DNA of 64,000 nucleotides from an uncultured Ignavibacteriaceae bacterium (GCA_964581115.1 CAZOMY010000001.1:105874-169873); one strand, 5' to 3'; shown: positions 1 to 10,061, counted from the stretch's first letter. Program-made: numbers and translations. Notes: generated from the letters alone by a model not told the origin.

Positions 1-1
1 G

Positions 2-445
2 CAACGCCCGGCCGGCATCGTCATCTCGCCCGGTCCATGCACGCCGGCCGAAGCAGGCATCTCTGTGGACGTCATACGGCACTGCGGTCCTACGATCCCC
101 ATCCTCGGCGTATGTCTTGGCCATCAGTCGATCGGCGCTGCCTACGGCGGAGTGGTGAAGCGAGCGGGCGAGATCGTGCATGGCAAGACGTCGCGCATCC
201 ACCACTCGGGCCGGGGCGTGTTCGTGGGTATTCCTTCCCCGTTTACAGCGACGCGATATCATTCGTTGATCGTCGACCGAGAGAAGCTTCCCGCCGATCT
301 CGAGGTGACGGCTTGGACGGAGGATGGGACGATCATGGGACTCCAGCATCGACGATACCGGGTCTTTGGTGTGCAGTTCCATCCCGAATCGATCGCGACG
401 GAATTCGGACACGATCTGCTGAGGAACTTTCTGGCGATGCGATGA
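2..445 (+). CDS. Glutamine amidotransferase class I, anthranilate/aminodeoxychorismate synthase component II; 3' portion only, the 5' end lies outside the window
   Basis: The frame is open from nt 2 ([15 protein letters not shown]...). It has the GVCLGHQ catalytic Cys motif and a C-terminal FHPE segment typical of TrpG/PabA. Stop TGA at 443-445. Confidence 0.85.
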   Translation, partial: QRPAGIVISPGPCTPAEAGISVDVIRHCGPTIPILGVCLGHQSIGAAYGGVVKRAGEIVHGKTSRIHHSGRGVFVGIPSPFTATRYHSLIVDREKLPADLEVTAWTEDGTIMGLQHRRYRVFGVQFHPESIATEFGHDLLRNFLAMR

Positions 446-1689
446 GATGGTGGATGCCCATTCTTCTGGGGGTGGCGCTGAGCGGGTGCAGTCGTGAACA
501 GCGGGACCCGTCGACGATCGAATTGTGGACGCTGCAACTGTCGCCGACCTTCGATGAGCACATGCACAGCGTCGTGCGGACGTTCGAAGAAACCCACGAG
601 GGCGTGAAGGTCGTCTGGACGGATGTCCCTTATGAGGGCTTCACGCAGAAGTTCATTTCGGCTCTGTCGGCGGGAGAGGCACCCGACGTCGTCAATCTTC
701 CGGCAGACCTCGTTCGCCAATACGTGCGACTTGATGCGCTGGCACCGCTCGATACTCTGCTGCCGGAGGGTCAACGCTCGGACTACCATCCTGCTGCGAT
801 GCAACCGATGCGGATCGACAGTGCGCTCTACGGAGTGCCGTGGTACCTGGCGACCAAGATACTCATTGCAGATTCTGCGGCACTCGTCTCCGCGGGCATC
901 GAACAACCGCTACCCTCAACCTTCGACGGCATTCTGAAGACGGCGCAGCTGTATCGAGACCGCACTGGACGGCCGGGTTTCTTCTTCAACCTTGTCGTCG
1001 ACAGCTATCTCCTGCAGGTGTTCGAGAGCGAAGGAGTTCCGATCCTCACGCCCGACGGAACGCGGGCCGCATTTGCCACGCCGAAGGCGGTCCGGATCTT
1101 GGAACAATGGCTCGAAGCGTTTCAACGAGGCGCGCTCCCGCGCGAATCGCTGATGGCCGGACATCAGGCCGGCATCGACCTCTATCAGTCCGGCGCCGTG
1201 CCGATGTTCCTCGGAGCGCCTCAGTTTCTGCGACTCATCGCCGAGAATGCCCCAAATCGGCTCTCGAGGACAACCGTGGCCCCCGCCCCCGTCGGCAGGG
1301 CAGGATGGAAGGAACTCGACGTCATGGCGCTTGCCGTGACCAGCACCTCGCGGAACCGCCCCGCCGCCGCGGCGTTGGCGGCCTTCGTTACGTCTGCCGG
1401 CCCGCAGATCGCCTTCTCAAAGCTGGTCCCGGTCTTTCCGTCCGTCCGGTCGGCGCTTGACGATCCTTTTTTTTCCGTATCAGACGGTTCGCTCACATCA
1501 GTCGCCCGGCAGATCGGCGCGGATCAGTTGGCGACGGCGCGCGTACTCCGACCATCCATCCCGCACTATCCCCGTCTGCGTGAGATCTTCAAAGAGCACA
1601 TGCTGACGTGCTTCCTTGGGCGCCGGTCACCGGCCGATGCCCTCGCATTCGCACAAGCACAATGGAACGAGGTCCTGGCCGAGCCATGA
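442..1689 (+). CDS. ABC transporter solute-binding lipoprotein, family 1 (sugar type)
   Basis: Starts [16 protein letters not shown], a signal peptide plus lipobox. The ATG at 442 overlaps the upstream stop as ATGA. The listed ORF 37..1689 is a read-through artefact in the same frame. Confidence 0.8.
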   Translation: MRWWMPILLGVALSGCSREQRDPSTIELWTLQLSPTFDEHMHSVVRTFEETHEGVKVVWTDVPYEGFTQKFISALSAGEAPDVVNLPADLVRQYVRLDALAPLDTLLPEGQRSDYHPAAMQPMRIDSALYGVPWYLATKILIADSAALVSAGIEQPLPSTFDGILKTAQLYRDRTGRPGFFFNLVVDSYLLQVFESEGVPILTPDGTRAAFATPKAVRILEQWLEAFQRGALPRESLMAGHQAGIDLYQSGAVPMFLGAPQFLRLIAENAPNRLSRTTVAPAPVGRAGWKELDVMALAVTSTSRNRPAAAALAAFVTSAGPQIAFSKLVPVFPSVRSALDDPFFSVSDGSLTSVARQIGADQLATARVLRPSIPHYPRLREIFKEHMLTCFLGRRSPADALAFAQAQWNEVLAEP

Positions 1690-2537
1690 GCCGTCGAGCG
1701 ACCATCTTCTTCTTTCTGGCTCCGGCGGGCTCGTTCTTGCTTCTATTCACCGCGGTCCCGTTCGTCGAGGTCGTTCGCATGTCGCTCGAGCGCCATTCGT
1801 TCGTGAGAACTCCTCAATGGGTCGGGTGGGCGCAATATGCACAGGTCTGGACGGACCCTTCGGCGCTTGCGGCCCTCGGCAACAGTCTCATCTATCTCCT
1901 GGTCACGCCGGCGGTCATCCTCCTGTCGCTGGCCATTGCCGTGATGCTCAGATCCGTGTCGCGCGCGCGAGGCCCGATACGGCTGGTTGTGTTCCTTCCC
2001 GTGCTGACGCCAATGGTCGTAGCCGGGATCATGTGGCGTTGGATCTTTCAGGAGGATGTCGGCCTCCTGAATGCGATGTTGTTGGCCGGCGGCATCGTTT
2101 CAAGCCCGGTGCCTTGGTTGACATCGTATCCGCTGAACCTCGTGACGGCGATGACGTTGACGATCTGGAAAGGGCTTGGATATTACGGACTGATCTTCCT
2201 GGCGGGGCTGACGGCGATCCCGAAGGAGGTCGAGGAGAGCGCTGAATTGGAAGGGGCGGGAGGCTGGACGAAGTTCTGGAGGGTGATCATTCCCATGATG
2301 CGTCCGACACTGGTCGTTGCGTCGATCATCTCCGGGATTGCGGCGCTCAAGGTGTTCGACGAGTTGTATGTGCTGGCGCCGCACGCTCCGACATCCCACA
2401 AGACGGTCCTGCCACTCATCTATCAGATGGCCTTTGTCGACTTGCGTTACGGTCCGGCGGCGGCGTTGAGCGTCATGCTGTTCGTCGGCATGCTGGCGTT
2501 GTCGGTCCTGCAAATGCGGCTTTGGAGGGGGGAATGA
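1686..2537 (+). CDS. ABC transporter permease, MalF/UgpA-like
   Basis: Multi-TM protein containing the EAA-like region of CUT1 permeases. Its start overlaps the SBP stop (ATGA). Confidence 0.85.
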   Translation: MSRRATIFFFLAPAGSFLLLFTAVPFVEVVRMSLERHSFVRTPQWVGWAQYAQVWTDPSALAALGNSLIYLLVTPAVILLSLAIAVMLRSVSRARGPIRLVVFLPVLTPMVVAGIMWRWIFQEDVGLLNAMLLAGGIVSSPVPWLTSYPLNLVTAMTLTIWKGLGYYGLIFLAGLTAIPKEVEESAELEGAGGWTKFWRVIIPMMRPTLVVASIISGIAALKVFDELYVLAPHAPTSHKTVLPLIYQMAFVDLRYGPAAALSVMLFVGMLALSVLQMRLWRGE

Positions 2538-3343
2538 GACGTCTCTTCCGATGGGCGTTCCTCACCTCGTTGCTGGCCCTTTTGGCCGGACCCTTCCTGT
2601 GGATGGCGGCGACATCGCTGAAAGGCTCGGAGGAGATCTTTGCCGTCCCGCCGTCATTCGTTCCGTCAGACCCCCAGTGGTCGAACTACGCCGACGTTTG
2701 GCAGCAGATCCCCTTCGGCACATACGCGCTGAATAGCCTCATCGTCGCCTTCAGCGCCGTGGCGTTGATGGTCGGACTCTCCGCGGCTGCGGCATATCCG
2801 TTGGCACGCATGCGCTTCCGCGGGCGGTCGATGATCATTGGACTGCTGCTCGCAAGTCTGTTGATACCGGAGCAGGTGCTGCTCGTGCCTCTCTATGCGA
2901 TGGTGATGCGATTCGGTCTGCTCAACACGCTCCCAGGGATCATCCTTCCATTCGCCGTGAACGCGTTTGGTATCTTGTACCTGCGCCAATACTATCTCAC
3001 GATCCCGAAAGAGTTGGACGATGCGGCCGCCATCGACGGCTGTTCGCCGTGGCGCTACTGGTGGACGATCCTGCTCCCCCTCTCACGGCCGGCGCTGGCG
3101 TCGCTCGGCGTGTTGACCTTTGTCGGCTCGTGGAACAATCTTCTCTGGCCGCTCATCGTTGCCCGCGATGCCTCGGCGATGACGTTGCCGGTTGGACTCG
3201 CAGGATTGACGACGGCGTTTTCGGCGAATTTCCGCCTCGTGGCGGCGGGAGCCATTCTCTCGCTCCTGCCGGCGGTGATCGTCTATCTTGTGGGACAGAA
3301 GGCCCTGGTGGACGGTCTCACGCGAGGAAGCGTAAAGGGATAG
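2522..3343 (+). CDS. ABC transporter permease, MalG/UgpE-like
   Basis: Second permease of the CUT1 type. It overlaps the upstream permease by 16 nt. An alternative start lies at 2534. Confidence 0.85.
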   Translation: MEGGMRRLFRWAFLTSLLALLAGPFLWMAATSLKGSEEIFAVPPSFVPSDPQWSNYADVWQQIPFGTYALNSLIVAFSAVALMVGLSAAAAYPLARMRFRGRSMIIGLLLASLLIPEQVLLVPLYAMVMRFGLLNTLPGIILPFAVNAFGILYLRQYYLTIPKELDDAAAIDGCSPWRYWWTILLPLSRPALASLGVLTFVGSWNNLLWPLIVARDASAMTLPVGLAGLTTAFSANFRLVAAGAILSLLPAVIVYLVGQKALVDGLTRGSVKG

Positions 3344-3357
3344 GGTTGATCGTTCCC

Positions 3358-3386
3358 TTGCTTCTTGAGCAAGCAGGGCGTATATT
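3358..3386 (+). promoter_or_regulatory. Sigma70-like promoter TTGCTT-17nt-TATATT
   Basis: Hexamers sit at 3358-3363 and 3381-3386 with a 17-nt spacer. The promoter lies just upstream of rimP. Confidence 0.4.
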
Positions 3387-3401
3387 AAAGTGTTTCGGAA
3401 T

Positions 3402-3428
3402 AGCCCGCTGGAACGGGCTATTTTTTTT
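3402..3428 (+). terminator. Intrinsic terminator or leader attenuator hairpin with a T8 tract
   Basis: AGCCCG-ctggaa-CGGGCT stem-loop at 3402-3419, followed by TTTTTTTT at 3421-3428. It sits between the ABC operon stop and the rimP ATG (3432), downstream of the promoter above. Confidence 0.6.
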
Positions 3429-3431
3429 GCT

Positions 3432-3887
3432 ATGGACCCCATCCGCGAGCGCTTGATCTCCGTCGTTACGCCGATCGTCGAGCAGGCAGGGGCCTATCTT
3501 GTCGACCTGGTCTTCAAGGTGGAGCACCGGTCGCGCATCGTCCAGGTGCAGATCGATACCGACGCCGGCGTTACGATCGACACGTGCGCTGTGATCAGCC
3601 GAGAATTGGGCCCGCTCATCGACACCGTCGAGGGCTTGCAGGTTCCGTACCGTCTGGAAGTGACCTCGCCGGGCGCTGACAAGCCGTTGCGGATGCTCCG
3701 CCAGTATCCGCGGCACGTCGGCCGGCCTTTCAAGCTGAAGCTGCGGTCCGGCGATGGCACAAAGCCCTTTCGTGGTCGTTTGAGCGCTGTTCAGGGTTCG
3801 ACATTGACTTTTGAGATCGAGGGCGCCGGCCCGGTGGCGGTACCCTTCGACGACATCCAGGAGAGCTACATTGAACTGCCGTGGTGA
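3432..3887 (+). CDS. rimP: Ribosome maturation factor RimP
   Basis: MDPIRERLISVVTPIVEQAGAYLVDL... has RimP family similarity and sits directly upstream of nusA. Start chosen at 3432 because 3390 would overlap the hairpin and T-tract. Confidence 0.85.
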   Translation: MDPIRERLISVVTPIVEQAGAYLVDLVFKVEHRSRIVQVQIDTDAGVTIDTCAVISRELGPLIDTVEGLQVPYRLEVTSPGADKPLRMLRQYPRHVGRPFKLKLRSGDGTKPFRGRLSAVQGSTLTFEIEGAGPVAVPFDDIQESYIELPW

Positions 3888-3968
3888 CGCCGCACGCCGC
3901 ATCCGACGATCGATCGACGGACGTGGCCTGAGAGCACGCGCCGACTGCGGTCCGTTTCGGAGGAAGTT

Positions 3969-5300
3969 ATGAATCACGAGATCGTCGACTCATTCTCACT
4001 GATGGCCCGTGAGAAGGGTCTCGACCGCGACATTCTCATCGGCATCATCGAAGACATCTTCGGGATGATGGTGAAGAAGAAATACGGCCTGAACGCCAAG
4101 TACGACATCGTCGTAAACATGGACAAGGGCGACATCGAGATCTACCTCGAAAAGGAGGTCGTCGCCGAGGTGACCGACCCCAGCACACAGATCTCGGTGC
4201 AGGAGGTCAAGGAAAAGACGGGCGATGACATGGAACCGGGCGAAGAGTACGTGGAGATCATTCCGTTGGCCGATTTCGGACGCCGTCTGGTCATCAGCGC
4301 CAAGCAGAACTTGAATCAGCGCATCAAGGAGATCGAGCGCGAGACGATCTTCAACGAGTACTCGAACTCCGTGGGCGAGATCGTCGTCGGCGAGATCTAC
4401 CAGATCCGCAAGGGCCGAGGCGAGATCCTCGTCATGCACAACAAGTCAGAGCTCATCCTGCCCCGGAGCGAGCAGATCTACAAGGAGCGGTACAAGAAGG
4501 GTGACACGCTCCGCGCCGTTGTCAAGGAGGTCCGCAAGGGTACGGGTAATCCCACCGTCATCATCTCCCGCGCCGACCCTCAGTTCCTCGTGCGGTTGTT
4601 CGAGATCGAGATCCCTGAAATCTACGACGGCATCATCGAGATCAAGCGGATCGCGCGCGAGCCGGGCGATCGGGCCAAAGTGGCCGTTCTTTCGCACGAT
4701 GAACGTATCGATGCCGTCGGCGCCTGCGTTGGCATGAAGGGCGTACGGATCCACGCCATCGTCCGCGAGCTCAACAACGAGAACATCGACGTCATCAACT
4801 ACTCGGACGACCCGGTCGTGTTCATTCAGCGAGCGATGGCCCCGGCGAAGCTGAAGGAGGTCAAGGTCGATGCAGAAACGAAGAAAGCATCGGTGCTCGT
4901 CGCCCAGGACCAGGTATCCCTGGCGATTGGCCGGGGCGGACAGAATGTACGGCTTGCCTCGAAGCTGACAGGATTCGACATTCAGGTGCTGAAGGAAGGG
5001 GTTGAGGAGGAAGAGTACGACATGGACCTCTCCGAGTTCCGCGAGGAACTGGGTGACGTCCTGTTCCACAAGTTCTTCGACGAAGGTTACGAGACGGTCC
5101 GTTCGGTGATCGAGACGCCGAAGTCAGAGCTGATCGCGGCACTGGGGATCGAGGAAGCCAAACTCGACGAGATCGTCGAAATGCTTCGGCAGGGGCTCGA
5201 GGAAGCTGAGGTCGACGAAGAAGGAAGCAACGCGGCCCAAAGCCCTCCGACGCCGCCGACGCCGGAGGCTTCCCCCGCGAACGATCGAACCGAGGCCTGA
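3969..5300 (+). CDS. nusA: Transcription termination/antitermination factor NusA
   Basis: Carries the NusA N-domain plus S1 and KH domains (GACVGMKGVRIHAIVRELNNENIDVI) and an acidic C-terminal tail. Confidence 0.95.
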   Translation: MNHEIVDSFSLMAREKGLDRDILIGIIEDIFGMMVKKKYGLNAKYDIVVNMDKGDIEIYLEKEVVAEVTDPSTQISVQEVKEKTGDDMEPGEEYVEIIPLADFGRRLVISAKQNLNQRIKEIERETIFNEYSNSVGEIVVGEIYQIRKGRGEILVMHNKSELILPRSEQIYKERYKKGDTLRAVVKEVRKGTGNPTVIISRADPQFLVRLFEIEIPEIYDGIIEIKRIAREPGDRAKVAVLSHDERIDAVGACVGMKGVRIHAIVRELNNENIDVINYSDDPVVFIQRAMAPAKLKEVKVDAETKKASVLVAQDQVSLAIGRGGQNVRLASKLTGFDIQVLKEGVEEEEYDMDLSEFREELGDVLFHKFFDEGYETVRSVIETPKSELIAALGIEEAKLDEIVEMLRQGLEEAEVDEEGSNAAQSPPTPPTPEASPANDRTEA

Positions 5301-5336
5301 TGCACGCAGCTCGACCGGAAACGCACAGACATCCGC

Positions 5337-7997
5337 ATGGCTGAAAAGAAAGTCAAGATCTACAATCTGGCAAAAGAGCTGAACCTCGCCAGCGACACGA
5401 TCCTGGAGTTCCTCCACAAGAAGGGCTTCGAGGCGAAGAACCACATGTCGACCGTAACGGACGATATGTTACACGCCGTCATGGGCCACTTCAAGAAGGA
5501 GAAGGACGTCGCCGACCGGCATAACCGTAAGGTGCAGGAGTTTCGCACCTCACGGAAGAAGGAAACGCCGGAGAAGGCAGAGAAGGCGGAGAAGAAGTCC
5601 CTGGAGGAGACCTTGCCGGAAGAGGTCCCAGAGACGACTCCGGCGGTCGAGGTCGAACCTCAGCGTGCGGATCCGGAAACGGTCGAGACCTTGGAAGTCC
5701 CCGTTCAGCCGCAGGAGGAGGCAACGACGGAGTCCCTAGAGCCCGAGCCCGAAGCGGCACCGGTGGAAGCCGAGGCCGAACCGGTCGAGACGCCGGAGGC
5801 CCCCGCGGTCGTACCGTCGACGGCTCCCGCGGTCGCCGCCGCTCGGAGGCCGCAGTCTCCGCTCGAGGCGCTCCAGACCCGTACAGCGCGCGGCTTGACG
5901 ATCAAGGGCAAGATCGACCTCACAAAGACGGCGAAGCCCGCCGGCAGCGCCGAGTCGGAAGCGGACAAGAAGAAGAAAAAGAAGAAGAAGATCCGCACGG
6001 AACCGACCAAGGTGGCCGCCAAGGCCGCTCCAGCGCGCGAAGAGGAAGAGTCGAAGGCGAAGAAGAAGAAGAAGGGACGTCGGGCCGAGGTCAATGTTGC
6101 CGATGTCGATCGCGCGATCCGCGAGACGATGACGGAGATGACGGAGGACTCGGTTGCCACCGCCCGAGCCGCCATCAAGAAGAAGAAGAAAGAGCGTCGT
6201 GAAGAAGCCGAGGCCCGTCTGCACGAGGAGCAGGAGCAGGAAGCTTCGCGCCTGCGCGTCACGGAGTTTGTGTCGGTCGGCGAGCTGGCAAACATGATGC
6301 GGGTCTCGGTCGCCGAGGTCATCCAGAAGGTCATGGGCCTCGGAATCATGGTCTCGATCAATCAACGGCTCGACAAGGACACGATCACGCTCGTGGCCGA
6401 CGAATTCGGCTACCAGGTGACCTTCCAGGAGGAGTTCTCGGCCGACGAGCTTGAGGATTTCGAGGACGATGCCTCGACGCTTGTGACGCGTCCTCCGGTC
6501 GTGACCATCATGGGCCACGTCGACCACGGCAAGACCTCGTTGCTGGACTACATTCGAAACGCCAACGTCGTCGCAGGCGAATCGGGCGGCATCACGCAGC
6601 ATATCGGGGCGTATGAAGTGACGATCGCGAACGGCCGTCACATCACCTTCCTCGATACTCCGGGCCATGAGGCCTTCACGGCCATGCGTGCACGCGGAGC
6701 GCAGATCACGGACATCGTCGTCCTCGTCGTCGCCGCCGACGACGCCGTCATGCCCCAGACACTCGAGGCCATCAGCCACGCCCAGGCGGCGAACGTCCCG
6801 ATGGTCGTGGCCATCAACAAGATCGACAAGCCCGAAGCCAACCCCGAGCGGATCAAGCAGCAATTGGCCGAGCGGGGTCTGCTCGTTGAAGAGTATGGCG
6901 GCAAGGCCCAGGTCGTCGAGCTCTCGGCGAAGACCGGAAAAAATGTCGACCTGCTGCTGGAGAAGATCGCGCTCGAGGCTGACGTTCTCGACCTGAAGGC
7001 CAACCCCGACCGGCTGGCGCGTGCGGCGGTGGTCGAGGCGGAACTGGACAAAGGACGCGGCATCACGGCGACGGTGCTCGTGCAAAAAGGAACACTGCGT
7101 GTCGGCGACGCGTTCGTCGTCGGGATCTGGAGCGGTCGGGTTCGTGCAATGTTCGACGAGCGCGGTCAGCGTGTCGAGGCTGCGGGACCTTCCCGGCCGG
7201 TGCAGGTCATCGGGTTTGAGGGCATTCCGCAGGCTGGAGATCCTCTCATCGTCGTCGAAGACGAGCGCGAGGCGCGCGAGGTAAGCCTGCGTCGCCAGCA
7301 GCTCAAGCGAGAGCAGGACTTCCGGCAGAATCGCCGACTGACGCTCGATGACATCTCGAGGCAGATCAAAGATGGACAGGTTCGCGACCTACCGGTCATC
7401 GTCAAGGCCGACGTGGACGGTTCCGCCGAGGCGCTGGCGGATTCGCTCATGAAGCTGTCGACGGAAGAGGTCAAGGTTCAGGTCATCCACAAGGCGGTCG
7501 GCGGGATCTCCGAATCGGATGTCATGCTGGCCGTGGCTTCGCGCGCGGTCATCATCGGCTTCCATGTGCGGCCGAATCTGAAGGCCCGGCAGCTGGCTGA
7601 GCAGGAAGACATCGACATCCGGCTCTATAGTATCATCTACGACGCGATCAACGAGGTCAAGGCGGCGCTGGAAGGCATGCTGGCGCCCACCGTTTCGGAG
7701 GAGATCACGGCAACGGTCGAGGTTCGAGAGACCTTCAAGATCTCGAAGGTGGGCACAATCGCGGGTTGTTACGTCCGCGACGGAACGTTGAACCGGAACG
7801 CCAGGGTGCGGCTCGTACGCGACGGCGTGCAGGTCTTCGACGGTACGCTCGCATCGCTCAAGCGCTTTAAGGATGACGTGCGCGATGTGGAGCAGGGATA
7901 CGAGTGCGGACTGCACCTCGAAGGATTCAACGACATTAAGGTGGGCGACGTCATCGAAGCCTACCAGAGTGTCGAGACCAAACGCAAACTGAGCTGA
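5337..7997 (+). CDS. infB: Translation initiation factor IF-2
   Basis: Has the GTPase motif VTIMGHVDHGKTSLLD and a DTPGHEAF segment, plus a charged, low-complexity N-terminal region. Confidence 0.95.
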   Translation: MAEKKVKIYNLAKELNLASDTILEFLHKKGFEAKNHMSTVTDDMLHAVMGHFKKEKDVADRHNRKVQEFRTSRKKETPEKAEKAEKKSLEETLPEEVPETTPAVEVEPQRADPETVETLEVPVQPQEEATTESLEPEPEAAPVEAEAEPVETPEAPAVVPSTAPAVAAARRPQSPLEALQTRTARGLTIKGKIDLTKTAKPAGSAESEADKKKKKKKKIRTEPTKVAAKAAPAREEEESKAKKKKKGRRAEVNVADVDRAIRETMTEMTEDSVATARAAIKKKKKERREEAEARLHEEQEQEASRLRVTEFVSVGELANMMRVSVAEVIQKVMGLGIMVSINQRLDKDTITLVADEFGYQVTFQEEFSADELEDFEDDASTLVTRPPVVTIMGHVDHGKTSLLDYIRNANVVAGESGGITQHIGAYEVTIANGRHITFLDTPGHEAFTAMRARGAQITDIVVLVVAADDAVMPQTLEAISHAQAANVPMVVAINKIDKPEANPERIKQQLAERGLLVEEYGGKAQVVELSAKTGKNVDLLLEKIALEADVLDLKANPDRLARAAVVEAELDKGRGITATVLVQKGTLRVGDAFVVGIWSGRVRAMFDERGQRVEAAGPSRPVQVIGFEGIPQAGDPLIVVEDEREAREVSLRRQQLKREQDFRQNRRLTLDDISRQIKDGQVRDLPVIVKADVDGSAEALADSLMKLSTEEVKVQVIHKAVGGISESDVMLAVASRAVIIGFHVRPNLKARQLAEQEDIDIRLYSIIYDAINEVKAALEGMLAPTVSEEITATVEVRETFKISKVGTIAGCYVRDGTLNRNARVRLVRDGVQVFDGTLASLKRFKDDVRDVEQGYECGLHLEGFNDIKVGDVIEAYQSVETKRKLS
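5967..5990 (+). repeat. In-frame (AAG/AAA)n lysine-tract repeat in infB
   Basis: AAGAAGAAGAAAAAGAAGAAGAAG encodes K8. Shorter AAG tracts lie at 6060-6074 and 6177-6191. Confidence 0.8.
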
Positions 7998-8006
7998 CGA
8001 ACGGCC

Positions 8007-8390
8007 GTGGGCATGCGAGCGGAACGGGTCGCCTCCGTGATCAAGCAAGAGGTCGGCCGGATGTTTCAGCGAAGGTTTAGTATGGACGAGGCGGGATTCA
8101 TGACCGTCACCGACGTTCGCGTGACGCCCGACCTGCGCCAGGCACGGATTTACGTAAGTGTCTTTGGCGATGTGCGGCGAAAGGAACAGTCGCTCAAGCT
8201 CCTCGAAGAGCACAAGTCGGCCATCCGCTCCGCGATCGGGAAGGCGGTACGCTTGCGATTCACTCCAGAGGTCGAGTTCCATCTCGACGAGTCGATGGAC
8301 CATGCGATGAATCTCGAGGCCATCTTCAAGAAGATCCATCAGAATGAAGCGACCCGTGATGATGCGGCCGAAGGGGAGACGACGACCTGA
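8007..8390 (+). CDS. rbfA: Ribosome-binding factor A
   Basis: RAERVASVIKQEVGRMFQ...TVTDVRVTPDLRQARIYVSV matches the RbfA family. Stop TGA overlaps the truB ATG. Confidence 0.9.
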   Translation: MGMRAERVASVIKQEVGRMFQRRFSMDEAGFMTVTDVRVTPDLRQARIYVSVFGDVRRKEQSLKLLEEHKSAIRSAIGKAVRLRFTPEVEFHLDESMDHAMNLEAIFKKIHQNEATRDDAAEGETTT

Positions 8391-9100
8391 TGCCGTCCTG
8401 GGATTTCAACGGGGCGGGGGAGATTCTGCTCGTAGACAAGCCGGACCGATGGTCGTCGTTCGACGTGGTGCGCAAGGTCCGCAATCTTTTCGGGATCCGG
8501 AAGATCGGACATGCGGGTACCCTCGACCCGCGTGCAACAGGTCTGCTCGTCATCTGCACTGGACCGAAAACAAAGCAGATCACCACGTTTGTCGAATACG
8601 ACAAGGAGTACACAGGCGGCTTCCGGCTGGGCGTGACGACGGCTTCGCACGACCTGGAGACTCCAGTAGAGAGAGAGCGGCCGTGGGAGTCGGTGACAGA
8701 GGACTCACTCCGCAACGCGTGCGCCTCGTTCGTCGGCACAGGTCGTCAAACGCCGCCGATGTACTCGGCCGCGAAGGTCAAGGGAAAGGCCCTCTACAAA
8801 TACGCCAGGGCCGGGAGAACGGTCGAGCGACCGGACCGGGAGATCGTCATTCAGACCTTTGAGTTGTCCGAGGTCTCGCTTCCGGAAGCACGGTTTCGGC
8901 TTGTCTGCTCGAAAGGGACGTATGTAAGGTCGGTCGTCTACGATCTGGGGGAGCGCCTTGGGTGCGGCGCCACGTTGACGGCCCTGCGGCGTGAGCGTGT
9001 GGGACCCTGGCAGGTCGCGGACGCCTGGACGATCGAGCGGCTGATCGAAGCCGCCGCCATGCATTCTCATGAAGGTCATGCAGTACGCACGACGGCTTGA
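8390..9100 (+). CDS. truB: tRNA pseudouridine(55) synthase TruB
   Basis: Contains the catalytic Asp motif GHAGTLDPRATGLLVI. Confidence 0.9.
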   Translation: MPSWDFNGAGEILLVDKPDRWSSFDVVRKVRNLFGIRKIGHAGTLDPRATGLLVICTGPKTKQITTFVEYDKEYTGGFRLGVTTASHDLETPVERERPWESVTEDSLRNACASFVGTGRQTPPMYSAAKVKGKALYKYARAGRTVERPDREIVIQTFELSEVSLPEARFRLVCSKGTYVRSVVYDLGERLGCGATLTALRRERVGPWQVADAWTIERLIEAAAMHSHEGHAVRTTA

Positions 9101-10019
9101 AGAGATCGGCCGCGATCCCAGAACGGTCGCGACCGTGGGCTCCTTTGACGGCGTTCACCTGGCCCATCAGCAGATCATCCGCGAAGTGGTTTCGAGGGCC
9201 CGTCGTCGAAATGGACGGAGCGTACTCATTACGTTCGACCCGCATCCGCGCGAGGTGCTGCGGCCCGGGACGAACGTCGTCTATTTGAGTTCCCCCGAGG
9301 AACGAAGGGACCTCATTGCTCCGATGGGAGTCGATGCCATGCTCGTCCTGCCGTTCACGGAGGAATTCTCACGATTGACGTCGCGTGAGTTCGTCGAACG
9401 ATTCCTCGTGCAGGGCACGGGATTGGCTGAGATGGTCGAAGGATACAACCACCACTTTGGCCACAATCGGGAAGGGAGCGTCATCTCGATCCAGCATCTG
9501 GCCGCGGAGCACGGCTTCCAGACGCATGCCGTACCACAGCTGAACGTCGATGGAATTCCGGTCAGCAGTTCGGCCGTCCGAACGTTCCTGAGTGATGGCA
9601 AGGTCGAGGCGGCGGCGGCGCTCCTGGGCCGCCCCTACAGCGTGGCGGGCATCGTTATTCCGGGCGACCGACGGGGTCGGACGCTCGGGTATCCGACGGC
9701 CAATTTAGCGCCGTCGTTTGCCCGGAAGATGATCCCGAAGAACGGGATCTATATCGTCGGCGTTGACCTTGGCGATGGAGTGGAGCGATACGGACTGGCC
9801 AGCATCGGCGTGAGGCCGACCTTCCACGCCGACGGACCCAGGACGATCGAGGTCTACATCCTGTCGTTCGATGCCGACATCTACGGACGAACGATCTCGG
9901 CGACGTTTCTAGCTCGGTTAAGGGATGAGGAAAAGTTCGACGACGTCGGCGCCCTCATCCGTCAGATGGACCGGGACCGCGCTGATGCCCAGGCGTTCGT
10001 CGCGACGCTCAAGCGATAG
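9069..10019 (+). CDS. ribF: Bifunctional riboflavin kinase / FAD synthetase
   Basis: N-terminal FAD-synthetase region (GSFDGVHLAHQ) and C-terminal riboflavin-kinase region (GYPTANL...). Overlaps truB by 32 nt. Confidence 0.9.
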   Translation: MKVMQYARRLEEIGRDPRTVATVGSFDGVHLAHQQIIREVVSRARRRNGRSVLITFDPHPREVLRPGTNVVYLSSPEERRDLIAPMGVDAMLVLPFTEEFSRLTSREFVERFLVQGTGLAEMVEGYNHHFGHNREGSVISIQHLAAEHGFQTHAVPQLNVDGIPVSSSAVRTFLSDGKVEAAAALLGRPYSVAGIVIPGDRRGRTLGYPTANLAPSFARKMIPKNGIYIVGVDLGDGVERYGLASIGVRPTFHADGPRTIEVYILSFDADIYGRTISATFLARLRDEEKFDDVGALIRQMDRDRADAQAFVATLKR

Positions 10020-10061
10020 TCATCAACCATCAACATTCATCTTTACATGCAAGGAGATGCA

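Noticed and set aside
37-1689. 550-aa ORF spanning the GATase 3' end and the binding protein
   Set aside because: It is in frame with the binding protein only. The N-terminal 135 codons are Arg/Pro-rich antisense or frame-shifted reading of the GATase gene. The real start is MRWWMPILL at 442, with a signal peptide and lipobox.
5736-7085. 449-aa antisense ORF inside infB, and similar long antisense ORFs (7389-8339, 11509-12237, 12745-13647, 14339-15145, 21043-22197, 24356-25312, 26903-27736, 28522-29130, 35818-36606, 37039-37725, 53568-54458)
   Set aside because: Their composition is Arg/Pro/Gly-rich and low in complexity, as expected for open antisense frames in roughly 62% GC DNA. All overlap well-supported conserved genes.
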